Shown here piece after piece: positions 19,049 to 28,255 of a stretch of DNA of 64,000 nucleotides. A program made the position numbers and the translations under genes. This stretch comes from Dethiobacter sp. (GTDB taxonomy: Bacteria; Bacillota; Dethiobacteria; DTU022; UBA8154): assembly GCA_020725665.1 (NCBI GenBank), contig DYEO01000028.1:718-64717 (forward strand), written 5' to 3'. The notes beneath the pieces were generated by a model. That model saw nothing but the letters and a program-made list of their open reading frames with translations, searched no databases and had not been told where the DNA came from. The first letter of the stretch is position 1, and each line of letters opens with the position of its first letter.

Positions 19049-19597
19049 TTGAGCGAATCACTGAACCAGGAAGAGCTCGATGCCATGTTGAAAAATTTAG
19101 CGGGTAGTTCCGGAGATGCCGTTGATGGCAGGCATGTTTTTGATGCGGCAGCATATGCATCCCGACCCGAAAGTAGTTTGAAAAGTGAAAGCGCAGAACC
19201 ATTGGGAAAAAATAAAATGCCTCTGGTGCAGCGGGTGGATTTTCCCCAACTCAAACCGCGCCCCCAAACGTCGATTGAGCGGCCGGACCGCAGAATTTTC
19301 CATAATATTCCCCTCATACTCAGCGGTGAGTTGGGCACGGCGGAGATGACCGTAAAGGACCTGCTGGAACTGGAAGAAGGTTCGGTCGTTAAATTGGATA
19401 AGATGGCCGGAGAAAGCGCCACTGTCCTGGTAAACGAACAGTACCTGGGACAGGCGGAGATCGTGGTGGTCAACGATCGTTTTGGGCTGCGCATTACCGC
19501 CATCGGCAAAGAAAAAACAAGGGAGGAAAAAGAGGAGCAGGAAAAGGGGAGGTTTTCACCCGGCCAGCCGGCCGCCAAAGAACGGGAACAGGAATAG
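19049..19597 (+). CDS. fliN: FliN-family switch protein (SpoA domain) with Glu/Lys-rich tail
   Basis: N-terminal LNQEELDAML and SpoA domain (IPLILSGELGTAEMTVKDLLELEEGSVVKLDKMAGE...VVNDRFGLRI). It is one of three SpoA-domain genes in the window. Confidence 0.8.
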   Translation: MSESLNQEELDAMLKNLAGSSGDAVDGRHVFDAAAYASRPESSLKSESAEPLGKNKMPLVQRVDFPQLKPRPQTSIERPDRRIFHNIPLILSGELGTAEMTVKDLLELEEGSVVKLDKMAGESATVLVNEQYLGQAEIVVVNDRFGLRITAIGKEKTREEKEEQEKGRFSPGQPAAKEREQE

Positions 19598-19627
19598 TTG
19601 CCACGACCATACCGTCCTAAGGTCTTC

Positions 19628-19648
19628 TAACCTCCAACCTCCAACCTC
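19628..19648. repeat. short tandem heptamer repeat (T/C)AACCTC x3
   Basis: TAACCTCCAACCTCCAACCTC in the gap before fliO. Related copies lie at 41788-41808. Confidence 0.6.
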
Positions 19649-19657
19649 TGCTTTTTT

Positions 19658-20242
19658 ATGGAGCTTTATCAGGCTTACCTGCGACTTCTGCTGGTTTTCC
19701 CCCTGGTTATTATCCTGGCATATTTTGGGCTGCGTTTTTTTCTGGGGCGTTTTGCACCCGCCTTCGGCATGGGGAGGCGGGTGCAGGTGCTTGAACGGAC
19801 AGCCCTGAACAGCCGCACCTTCCTCTATGTAGTTAAAGTGGGTGATGATTATCTCCTTGTCGGTCTTACCGCCAACAACGTGGTTTTGCTTAAAGATCTG
19901 GGCCCGGGCTGGGGCCAGGACTTTTACGGGGAGTTAGGTAACACTCCCCTGCGGGAGGAAAAGCCTGTCTCCTTTGCCGCAATCCTGCAGTGCCTGCGTG
20001 GAGGCGATAAGGCAGGGGGTTGGCAAAAACCAGGGGGAGAAAGCTGGCGAAATTTGCTGTCTGTTACTGCAAAAAATACAAAAATAATGGCTGGAGAAAG
20101 AGAGGATTTTGCCAATTTATCGAGAAATTATAAATTAAGGAAAGTAAAGGAAGAAGTTCTTAGCGGCGGGGAAGAGTCCATAACCCCTGCTGATGCCGGT
20201 TTGGGCAAAGAAATGGAAAAAGATCAAGAGAGAGAAGATTAA
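19658..20242 (+). CDS. fliO: flagellar biosynthesis protein FliO (FliZ) with long C-terminal extension
   Basis: N-terminal TM plus FliO domain (RVQVLERTALNSRTFLYVVKVGDDYLLVGLTANNVVLL). ~90 extra charged C-terminal residues. Confidence 0.8.
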   Translation: MELYQAYLRLLLVFPLVIILAYFGLRFFLGRFAPAFGMGRRVQVLERTALNSRTFLYVVKVGDDYLLVGLTANNVVLLKDLGPGWGQDFYGELGNTPLREEKPVSFAAILQCLRGGDKAGGWQKPGGESWRNLLSVTAKNTKIMAGEREDFANLSRNYKLRKVKEEVLSGGEESITPADAGLGKEMEKDQERED

Positions 20243-20285
20243 AATTATTCTTCCAGGCTGCAGAGAAAGGGTAGAGTTTGAGCGC

Positions 20286-21056
20286 ATGAAGAAAACAATG
20301 CTGCCGGCTTTGCTGGTCTGCCTGGCAACTGCCCTGCTGCTGCTCTGCAGTGGCCGGGCGGCTATGGCCCAGCCTGTTATCCCCATCCCCGCTATCGACC
20401 TTCAGGTGGGCACAGCTGAACAGCCGCAACAACTGGTGGGCACACTGCGGCTTTTGCTGCTTATCTCCGTGTTAAGCCTTGCCCCTGCTTTTATCATCCT
20501 CATGACCTCCTTTACCCGTATTGTTATAGTCCTCGCCTTTGTGCGCAATGCCATAGCCACGCAGCAGATTCCGCCGAACCAGGTTGTGGTCGGTCTGGCG
20601 CTTTTTTTAACTTTCTTTGTGATGTCACCCGTGTTGGCAGAGATCAACGACCAGGCCTTAAGGCCTTACTTGGCCGAAGAGATCAGCTTTGAAGAGGCAG
20701 TGGAGCGGGGAGGGCGTCCCCTGCGCGAATTTATGCTTAACAACACGCGGGAAAAGGATCTGGCCCTTTTCCTGGAGGTGGCTCGCTTGGAGAGCCCGGA
20801 AGAACGCTCTGCCACCCCTTTTGGCGCCCTTATCCCTGCCTTTGTGATCAGCGAGTTGAAAACAGCCTTCCAGATGGGTTTCATTATTTTTATTCCCTTC
20901 CTCGTTCTCGATATGGTGGTGGCCAGCATTCTCATGTCCATGGGGATGTTCATGCTTCCCCCGGTCATTGTTTCGCTGCCCTTTAAAATATTGCTTTTTG
21001 TCCTCGTGGACGGCTGGCACCTGGTGGTGCAGTCGCTGGTACAGAGCTACGCCTGA
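20286..21056 (+). CDS. fliP: flagellar export apparatus protein FliP
   Basis: Signal peptide then conserved SFTRIVIVLAFVRNA and GFIIFIPFLVLDMVVASILMSMGM. Confidence 0.95.
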   Translation: MKKTMLPALLVCLATALLLLCSGRAAMAQPVIPIPAIDLQVGTAEQPQQLVGTLRLLLLISVLSLAPAFIILMTSFTRIVIVLAFVRNAIATQQIPPNQVVVGLALFLTFFVMSPVLAEINDQALRPYLAEEISFEEAVERGGRPLREFMLNNTREKDLALFLEVARLESPEERSATPFGALIPAFVISELKTAFQMGFIIFIPFLVLDMVVASILMSMGMFMLPPVIVSLPFKILLFVLVDGWHLVVQSLVQSYA

Positions 21057-21069
21057 AGGAGGGAAAAAG

Positions 21070-21336
21070 GTGAACCCACAATTCGTCATCGATACGGCAC
21101 GGGAAGGTATCATTACGATCCTGCTGGTGGCTGCACCCATACTGGGAACGGGATTGGCGGTGGGCTTGATCGTAAGCATCTTCCAGGCGACGACGCAGAT
21201 CCAGGAACCCACGCTGGCTTTTGTTCCCAAGATTGCCGCCGTGCTCATCTCCATCTATCTTTTTGGAAACTGGATTCTCCGCATGGTCATGAACTTTACC
21301 CTTAATCTCTGGCAAAATCTCGGTGTTCCTTTGTAA
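21070..21336 (+). CDS. fliQ: flagellar export apparatus protein FliQ
   Basis: 89 aa, two TM helices, GTG start. Lies between fliP and fliR. Confidence 0.9.
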   Translation: MNPQFVIDTAREGIITILLVAAPILGTGLAVGLIVSIFQATTQIQEPTLAFVPKIAAVLISIYLFGNWILRMVMNFTLNLWQNLGVPL

Positions 21337-21350
21337 AGGGGAGGAACAGG

Positions 21351-22124
21351 GTGGCGGAGTCGTTTTTCCTGGAGTTCTGGTGGCCTTTTCTCCTGATCTT
21401 TTCCCGGGTCGCCGCTTTCGTAGCTGCCGTTCCTATTTTCGGCTGGCGGGGAATTCCGGTTGTTCTGCGTATCTTTTTTTCCTTTGTATTTGCCGTACTC
21501 TTAACCCTGAACTGGGAGGGGCAACTGCCGCTGCCGCGCAGCGATCTGGAACTCTTCTTCGCCCTGGGGCGGCAGGTTTTTACGGGGCTGTTGCTGGGCT
21601 TTCTCGTCTATCTTTTTCTCTCCGTCTTTCTCATGGCCGGTCAGTTCATGGATCACAAGGCCGGCCTCATGATGGCGGCAACCTTTGACCCCCTTTTCGG
21701 CGGCCAGGTAACGCTCCTGGGGCAGTTTTACTATTTTATGGCTGTGGTCCTCTACCTTACGCTTAACGGGCACCATATTCTTTTCCTTTCCCTGCGGGAG
21801 AGTTTCACCCTTATTCCCCTGGCCGGTCCTTTTGCCGGTGGTGATATATTCTGGCAGTACGCCCGTACCTTCAGCTTTGTTTTTTTACTGGCTTTCCAGA
21901 TTGCGGCGCCGGTAATCGTGGTATTATGGATGTTCGACATGGCCCTGGGGTTTCTCTCCCGTACCGTGCCGCAGATACATGTTTTTATCGAGGGCCTTCC
22001 CCTGAAGATAGGGCTGGCACTGCTGGTGTTCATGCTCATCCTGCCAATGCTTGGGGGCGTAATGGGGGATGTTTTTAACCTGCTGGCCAGGGACCTGATT
22101 CTGGTGATGCGGAGTTGGTACTAG
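21351..22124 (+). CDS. fliR: flagellar export apparatus protein FliR
   Basis: 257-aa polytopic membrane protein with the FliR pattern. Confidence 0.9.
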   Translation: MAESFFLEFWWPFLLIFSRVAAFVAAVPIFGWRGIPVVLRIFFSFVFAVLLTLNWEGQLPLPRSDLELFFALGRQVFTGLLLGFLVYLFLSVFLMAGQFMDHKAGLMMAATFDPLFGGQVTLLGQFYYFMAVVLYLTLNGHHILFLSLRESFTLIPLAGPFAGGDIFWQYARTFSFVFLLAFQIAAPVIVVLWMFDMALGFLSRTVPQIHVFIEGLPLKIGLALLVFMLILPMLGGVMGDVFNLLARDLILVMRSWY

Positions 22125-22125
22125 G

Positions 22126-23310
22126 ATGGCAAAACGAAAATATGGGAACAAGAAACGGAGGCAATGCTCCCTTCCGCCAGCGAACCCCGACCCGCAAGGG
22201 GTGCGCTTGCTTAACCTGCAGCTTTTTGCGGAAGGGGAAGATAAGACGGAGCAGGCCACGCCGCACCGTCTCCGTGAAGCGCGCAAACGGGGCCAGGTGA
22301 TGAAGAGCATGGAGCTGAACGCTGCGATTAACATGGCGGGCATGGCTTTCTTTTTTCTGCTTTTCTGGCCCTTTTTCCAAAACGGCATTTTTGCCATGCT
22401 GCAGCATTTTCTGCGCACCCTTCCGGTGGAAGCAGCCGCGGGGGATCTTCCCATTATGCTGGTGATGCGCCTTTCCCTGCAGCATTACATGAAACTGGTA
22501 CTGCCCTTCCTGTTGGCAGCCTTTTTTACCGGCTTCATCGCCAATGTTATGCAGGTCGGCTTTCTCATCTCTACGGAGGCAATCAAACCCCAGCTCAACC
22601 GCCTCAATCCCGTGGAAGGCTTCAAGCGCATTCTTTCCCGTCGTTCCCTGTTTGAGCTGGTTAAGTCCGTGCTCAAGGTGGTCATTTTCGCCTTGGTTTG
22701 CTACTTCTATCTGCGCAGCCAGCTTCAGCCCATGCTCCTTTTACTCGGTCAGGAGCCGGGGGTAACGGCCAGGCTGCTGGGGAAAATCCTGGTGGGCCTG
22801 GCTTTCCGCGTGGCTGCTGTCTTTTTCATGTTGGCGCTTATCGATTTCATTTACCAGCGTCACGAGTACCTGAAAAACCTGCGCATGTCCCGCCGTGAGA
22901 TCAAGGATGAGTATAAGCAGTTGGAGGGCGATCCCCATGTGCGCTCACGCCTGCGTGAGCGGCAGCGGGCAATCGCTCGGGAGCGCAGCCTGGCCCGGGT
23001 GCCTGAGGCCACTGTTGTGGTTACCAACCCCACGGAATTGGCCGTGGCGCTGCGCTATAACGAAAAGGAGGACGGGGCCCCCCTGGTGCTGGCCAAGGGG
23101 GCCGGGGTCCTGGCCCGGCGTATCCGCGAGATAGCCCGGGATTACCGCATCCCTGTTATCACGAACCCGCCCGTGGCCCGCTTACTCTACCGCGAGGTGG
23201 AGATTGGCGGGGAGATTCCCGTCGAACTTTACCAGGCAGTTGCGGAGATCCTCGCCATGGTTTACCGCCTGCAGGAAAAGGAGCGGCTGCGCCGCCGCCG
23301 TGCCCTGTAG
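22126..23310 (+). CDS. flhB: flagellar export apparatus protein FlhB
   Basis: N-terminus EDKTEQATPHRLREARKRGQV. Autocleavage motif NPTE present. 4 TM helices. Confidence 0.95.
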   Translation: MAKRKYGNKKRRQCSLPPANPDPQGVRLLNLQLFAEGEDKTEQATPHRLREARKRGQVMKSMELNAAINMAGMAFFFLLFWPFFQNGIFAMLQHFLRTLPVEAAAGDLPIMLVMRLSLQHYMKLVLPFLLAAFFTGFIANVMQVGFLISTEAIKPQLNRLNPVEGFKRILSRRSLFELVKSVLKVVIFALVCYFYLRSQLQPMLLLLGQEPGVTARLLGKILVGLAFRVAAVFFMLALIDFIYQRHEYLKNLRMSRREIKDEYKQLEGDPHVRSRLRERQRAIARERSLARVPEATVVVTNPTELAVALRYNEKEDGAPLVLAKGAGVLARRIREIARDYRIPVITNPPVARLLYREVEIGGEIPVELYQAVAEILAMVYRLQEKERLRRRRAL

Positions 23311-23336
23311 GGAACGACGCCCCCGTCGTTCCCTAC
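23307..23336. repeat. GC palindrome GTAGGGAACGACG-ccc-CGTCGTTCCCTAC overlapping the flhB stop
   Basis: 13-bp perfect stem. It shares the GTAGGG/CCCTAC ends of the REP-like family. Confidence 0.6.
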
Positions 23337-23364
23337 TTGCAAAAATTGGAGGCGGAGCATATAA
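23337..23364 (+). promoter_or_regulatory. candidate internal sigma-A promoter upstream of flhA
   Basis: TTGCAA, 16-nt spacer, TATAAT, lying directly after the hairpin. Confidence 0.4.
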
Positions 23365-23454
23365 TAATAGCAAAAATTGTGGATTATTTGCCATCCCTGA
23401 TCCAAGGAGGCGATCAACTTGCCCTCTCCCCTCACAGCCCCCCGTTCGGCCATT

Positions 23455-25512
23455 ATGAGTGTAGTGAAAAATGCGGACATCATCGTCGCCCTGGCCTTTG
23501 TCTTTATCATTGCCATTATCATTATTCCGATCCGGCCCTCCATACTCGACGTCCTGCTGGTGATTAATATAACCCTGGCCCTGATCATCGTGCTTATGAC
23601 CCTTTTCACTGCGGAGGTGCTGCAGCTCTCCACCTTTCCTTCTGTATTGCTCGTGGCCACTTTATTTCGTCTTTCCCTGAACATCTCCTCCACGCGCCTC
23701 ATCCTCACAGAGGCGCGGGCCGGCGAAGTGATCAATGCTTTCGGTGAATTCGTCGTTGGTGGTAATTATGTTATCGGTTTGGTCATTTTTATCATTATTA
23801 CAGTTGTCCAGTTTGTGGTGATCACCAACGGCGCCGGCCGCATTGCCGAGGTGGCTGCCCGCTTTACCCTGGATGCCATGCCCGGCAAGCAGATGAGCAT
23901 CGACGCCGATCTCAATGCGGGTCTGATTGATGAAAATGAAGCGCGTACGCGGCGGCGCAAGATTCAGCGAGAGGCCGACTTCTTTGGCGCCATGGACGGC
24001 GCCAGCAAGTTCGTACGGGGTGATGCCATTGCCGGATTAATTATCGTCCTCATCAATATCGTGGGTGGTCTGGCTATCGGCATGGTGCAGGGAGGGATGA
24101 ACTTTGAACTGGCCGCCCGCACTTATACCATCCTTACCGTGGGAGACGGACTGGTGGCTACCATCCCCGCACTCCTCGTTTCCACCGCCGCCGGTATGCT
24201 GGTAACACGTTCCACGGGGGACGAGTCATTCGGCCGGGATTTTACTTCCCAGTTTTTTGGCTTTCCCAGGGTGCTGGCTATTACGGCTGCAATTCTTCTC
24301 TCCCTGGGGCTGGTGCCCAATCTGCCGTTCCTTCCTTTTCTCGTGATGGCCCTGGCCTGCGGTTCGGGCGCCTTTATGCTCATGCGGGAGGAACAGAGGA
24401 CGGTGCGCCGGAGAAGGGAAGAAGAGGAGAAAGAAGCGGAGGAGGAGCTGGCACGGCCGGAGGAAGATATGCGAGGCCTCATCAGACCCGATTTATTGGA
24501 GATTGAAATAGGCTATAACCTGGTTTCCCTTACCGAAAGAAAAGAAGGCGGGGAACTGCTGCAGCGTATCACTGCAGCCCGCCGCAGGCTTTCCGCCGAA
24601 CTGGGGATGATTATCCGTCCCATTCGTATCAGGGATAACCTGCAGCTCCCCCCCAATACATACCTGATCAAATTGAAGGGAAACGAAATCACGCGTGGTG
24701 ACTTGCGCCCGGGTTACCTGCTGGCACTGAACCCGGAGGGTATGCTGCCGGAGGAACTGGGAGGTATACCTACCCGGGAACCTACCTTTAACCTGCCGGC
24801 TGTCTGGATCTCTCCGGCTCAGAAAGAGGAGGCGGAGCTAAAGGGTTGTACAGTGGTGGATGTTGCCACTGTACTCATTACCCACCTCACGGAGGTTACG
24901 CGCAACCATGCCTGCGAACTGCTTGGCCGCCAGGAGGTCAAGGAGATGGTGGATATGGTGAAGGAAACCCGTCCGGCAGTGGTGGATGAGTTAATACCCG
25001 AACTCATGAGTGTGGGAGATGTGCAGAAAGTTCTGCAAAACATATTGCGTGAAAATATACCGCTGCAGGATCTCCCTTCCATCCTGGAGACGCTGGCGGA
25101 TCACGCCGCCTCCACCCGGGACACGGATCTGCTCACTGAATATGTGCGCCAGTCCATGGCCCGCACGATCAGTGCGCGCTTTGCCGGGGAGGGGGGTAAA
25201 CTATCCGTTATTACTATCGACCCCGCGCTGGAGAAGCTTATCGCTGCATCGCTGCAGCAGACTATGCACGGCAGTTTTCCCGTGTTGGAACCGGAGGTTT
25301 CCCAGAAGATCGTGCAGGGGATTTCCCGCCTAACGGAAAAATTGCGCAACCGGGGCCTTTCCCCTGTTGTTTTGACCTCACCGCGCATCCGCCTGCCCTT
25401 TCGCCGCCTCGTGGAGCGTTTTCTTCCCGATTTGCCGGTGATTTCATTAAATGAAGTAGTACCCCAGTTAGCTGTGGAAGCCGTGGGGGTGTTGAAAGAA
25501 AATGAAAATTAG
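23455..25512 (+). CDS. flhA: flagellar export apparatus protein FlhA
   Basis: ~690 aa with an N-terminal 8-TM domain, conserved FHxxxG-type loop (RFTLDAMPGKQMSIDADLNAGLI) and large cytoplasmic domain. Confidence 0.95.
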   Translation: MSVVKNADIIVALAFVFIIAIIIIPIRPSILDVLLVINITLALIIVLMTLFTAEVLQLSTFPSVLLVATLFRLSLNISSTRLILTEARAGEVINAFGEFVVGGNYVIGLVIFIIITVVQFVVITNGAGRIAEVAARFTLDAMPGKQMSIDADLNAGLIDENEARTRRRKIQREADFFGAMDGASKFVRGDAIAGLIIVLINIVGGLAIGMVQGGMNFELAARTYTILTVGDGLVATIPALLVSTAAGMLVTRSTGDESFGRDFTSQFFGFPRVLAITAAILLSLGLVPNLPFLPFLVMALACGSGAFMLMREEQRTVRRRREEEEKEAEEELARPEEDMRGLIRPDLLEIEIGYNLVSLTERKEGGELLQRITAARRRLSAELGMIIRPIRIRDNLQLPPNTYLIKLKGNEITRGDLRPGYLLALNPEGMLPEELGGIPTREPTFNLPAVWISPAQKEEAELKGCTVVDVATVLITHLTEVTRNHACELLGRQEVKEMVDMVKETRPAVVDELIPELMSVGDVQKVLQNILRENIPLQDLPSILETLADHAASTRDTDLLTEYVRQSMARTISARFAGEGGKLSVITIDPALEKLIAASLQQTMHGSFPVLEPEVSQKIVQGISRLTEKLRNRGLSPVVLTSPRIRLPFRRLVERFLPDLPVISLNEVVPQLAVEAVGVLKENEN

Positions 25513-26587
25513 GAAGTTTTATGTGCAGGACATGCGGGAGGGGATGCTGCGCGTTAAGGATGAACTTGGCCCTGATGCGGTCATCCTGGAAAGCCGGCGC
25601 GTGCGCATGAAAGGGCTGAGAGGTTTTTTTGCCCCGCTGCGTATGGAAATCACCGCCGCTGTTGACAATAATCCTTCCCGTACCCGCGTGCCCGAACCGC
25701 CCCCGCACCTGGAGATGGAAAAGGGTATCCGTGAAGAGCTTTCCGATCTCAAAAAAATTTTGACCCGCCTGGTTATGCGGGAGGAAAGGCTGCCGGAGAT
25801 AAGCCAAAAGGAAAACGAGTTGCTCAAGTACTGGCGCTTTCAACTGGAGCAGCAGGAGATCATTCCTGAGCTTGTGACGGAACTCCTGCAAGAGATCAGC
25901 GGCTACCTGAGCGAAGAGATCCGCCTTCCCGACGAGGTGGCGGGGCTTTTCCTGCGCAAGAGCCTGCGTAAACGCTTAAAGACGCTGCCGGAAAAAGGAG
26001 CCCCGGTACAAATATTTGTGGGACCCACGGGAGTGGGAAAGACCACTACCCTGGCCAAGCTGGCGGCGCGCTACGCCCTTTACCAGGGGGAGAATGTGGG
26101 GATAATTACCATTGATCACTATCGCATTGGCGCGCTGGAGCAATTGCGCACCTATTCGGAAATTACAGGCCTGCCCCTGGAAGTGGTTATGACTCCCAAA
26201 GACCTGCGCCAGGCCATCGAAAAATTCAGCAGGTGCCAGCGCATCCTCATAGATACCGCCGGTCGCAGCACCCTGAATATCTCCCATATCAAAGAACTGG
26301 CCGGGTACCTGCAAAATTTACCCCCGGCCGAAATTTTTCTCGTGATCAGTGCCACTACCAAAACACGGGATCTGAAGTTAATTACTGATAACTTTCGCTG
26401 CATGAACTACAATCGCCTCATTTTCACCAAGCTTGACGAGACCGGCACGTACGGTCTTCTGCTTAACGGTATCCATTATACCAAACTGCCGGTTATTTAC
26501 ATGACCATGGGACAAAGTGTGCCTGACGACATCTGCCTTGCAGATGCGGACAAGATCGCGGCTTTGCTTCTGGGGGAGGAAGACTGA
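25502..26587 (+). CDS. flhF: flagellar biosynthesis GTPase FlhF (SRP-type)
   Basis: GPTGVGKTTTLAKLAA and DTAGR G-motifs; SRP54/FtsY-like. Lies after flhA. Confidence 0.92.
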   Translation: MKIRKFYVQDMREGMLRVKDELGPDAVILESRRVRMKGLRGFFAPLRMEITAAVDNNPSRTRVPEPPPHLEMEKGIREELSDLKKILTRLVMREERLPEISQKENELLKYWRFQLEQQEIIPELVTELLQEISGYLSEEIRLPDEVAGLFLRKSLRKRLKTLPEKGAPVQIFVGPTGVGKTTTLAKLAARYALYQGENVGIITIDHYRIGALEQLRTYSEITGLPLEVVMTPKDLRQAIEKFSRCQRILIDTAGRSTLNISHIKELAGYLQNLPPAEIFLVISATTKTRDLKLITDNFRCMNYNRLIFTKLDETGTYGLLLNGIHYTKLPVIYMTMGQSVPDDICLADADKIAALLLGEED

Positions 26588-27483
26588 TGGCGGACCAGGC
26601 AGAACGTTTAAGGGCGATAGTACAGGGCCAGCGGGATATGTACACAGGGCGGCGGCAGGGCGCCTCCCGTATTATTGTTGTGGCCAGCGGCAAAGGGGGC
26701 GTGGGAAAAACAAACCTCGTGGTCAATATGGCCCTTACCATGGGGCAACTGGGGTATAAGACCATGGTGTTGGACGCAGACCTGGGTATGGCCAATGTGG
26801 ATATTCTCCTGGACCTCAAACCCGTTTATACACTTATCGATGTCATGTGTGGGGATAAAGAGCTGCGTGATGTGATTCTGCACGGGCCCTGTAACCTGGA
26901 GGTTCTCCCGGGCGGTTCCTGCATACCTGAAATTATTAATCTGGACAGCCGGCAGCGGGAACAGCTTATCGCCCGCCTTTCCTACCTGGAGGAGGAGATG
27001 GATATCCTCTTCGTCGACTGCTCTGCCGGTATTTCCCGCAATGTCGTCACTTTTATCTCTGCCGCCGACGAACTGGTACTGATTACCACGCCCGAGCCTA
27101 CAGCGATCACGGACGTTTATAGTGTAATTAAAGTTGTTGATAAGTATTGCCGGCATGCAAACATTGGTCTTATCGTCAATATGGTTAGCAGTGCGCAGGA
27201 AGGGGAGCAAATTTTTCAGCGCATTGCCAGGGTTTGTCACAATTTTTTAAAATTGGAACTAATATATTTGGGGAGCGTTAATTTTGATCAGCATGTACAG
27301 AAAGCGGTAATTGACCGTTCTCCTTACGTGCTCCGCTATCCCCGTTCCCCGGCGGCCAGGGCCACACAGCAAATTGCCCGTCATCTCCTGGGGGTGGATA
27401 AACCCAACATCGCGACGGGAAAAGAAAATAAATTTCTGAAACGTCTTATGCAGATGTGGGCTGGCCAAGCCGGGGAACACTAG
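26587..27483 (+). CDS. flhG: MinD/ParA-family ATPase FlhG (FleN/YlxH)
   Basis: Deviant Walker A SGKGGVGKTN; MinD-like. Start overlaps the flhF stop. Confidence 0.9.
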   Translation: MADQAERLRAIVQGQRDMYTGRRQGASRIIVVASGKGGVGKTNLVVNMALTMGQLGYKTMVLDADLGMANVDILLDLKPVYTLIDVMCGDKELRDVILHGPCNLEVLPGGSCIPEIINLDSRQREQLIARLSYLEEEMDILFVDCSAGISRNVVTFISAADELVLITTPEPTAITDVYSVIKVVDKYCRHANIGLIVNMVSSAQEGEQIFQRIARVCHNFLKLELIYLGSVNFDQHVQKAVIDRSPYVLRYPRSPAARATQQIARHLLGVDKPNIATGKENKFLKRLMQMWAGQAGEH

Positions 27484-27502
27484 TTTTCCCAGGAGGCATA
27501 AA

Positions 27503-28252
27503 ATGTCTGTGGACAAAATATTTCGTGAAAATATGCTCATCGAAGTTTATGATGAGGAAAGTAAAATTTATTATAAAAGCCTTATCCAGGAAGTCGATGA
27601 AGGCTCTTTTGCCATCGGTGTACCCATGAAGGGGCAGAACCAGCTTATGATGCGGGAAAAAAACAGTTACAGCATGCGCACAGCTGTGGGCGACGCCCTT
27701 TACAGCTTTAACAGTAGAATGATTGGTCGCACCCGCAGCGGGAACATCCCTCTTTTTGTCCTTGCATGGCCTGATGAGATCAAACGCAGCCAGCGACGGC
27801 AATTTTTCCGTCTGGCTGTATCCCTGGATGCCCATTACTGGATACTGCAAAAGGGAAAGAGTAACGAAGAGGACGACGCTGTACATGAACTCGATAATAT
27901 TAAACCGCCGCTCGACTTGCGCCAACCATTAAACAAACTGGTGGATGCACTGGGGGAACCGGCCAGGGGCATTGCCGTGGATATAAGCGGGGGCGGTGTC
28001 GCGCTGGTGGTGAACCGTTTCATCCCTGAAGGCAGCCTTTTGGCTGTACGTCTCTTCCTTAAGTGCAAGACGAGTGAGAAAGTGATGCTTCTCAAGGGCC
28101 GGGTGATGCGCTGTTTCAACCTGGAAGTGGTTAAGGGACTGCAGCGACACCGCCTGGGTGTCGAATTCGAAGATATGAGTGAAAAAGTCAGGGATGACTT
28201 AATCAATTTTATTTTTACTCTTTCACGGGAGAAGGCGCGCCAGGGGGTGTAA
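27503..28252 (+). CDS. PilZ-domain c-di-GMP-binding flagellar brake protein (YcgR/MotI-like)
   Basis: RxxxR motif (SQRRQFFR) and D-x-S-x-x-G motif (DISGGGV) with the spacing of PilZ domains, plus a YcgR-like N-domain. Embedded in the flagellar operon after flhG. Confidence 0.75.
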   Translation: MSVDKIFRENMLIEVYDEESKIYYKSLIQEVDEGSFAIGVPMKGQNQLMMREKNSYSMRTAVGDALYSFNSRMIGRTRSGNIPLFVLAWPDEIKRSQRRQFFRLAVSLDAHYWILQKGKSNEEDDAVHELDNIKPPLDLRQPLNKLVDALGEPARGIAVDISGGGVALVVNRFIPEGSLLAVRLFLKCKTSEKVMLLKGRVMRCFNLEVVKGLQRHRLGVEFEDMSEKVRDDLINFIFTLSREKARQGV

Positions 28253-28255
28253 AGG

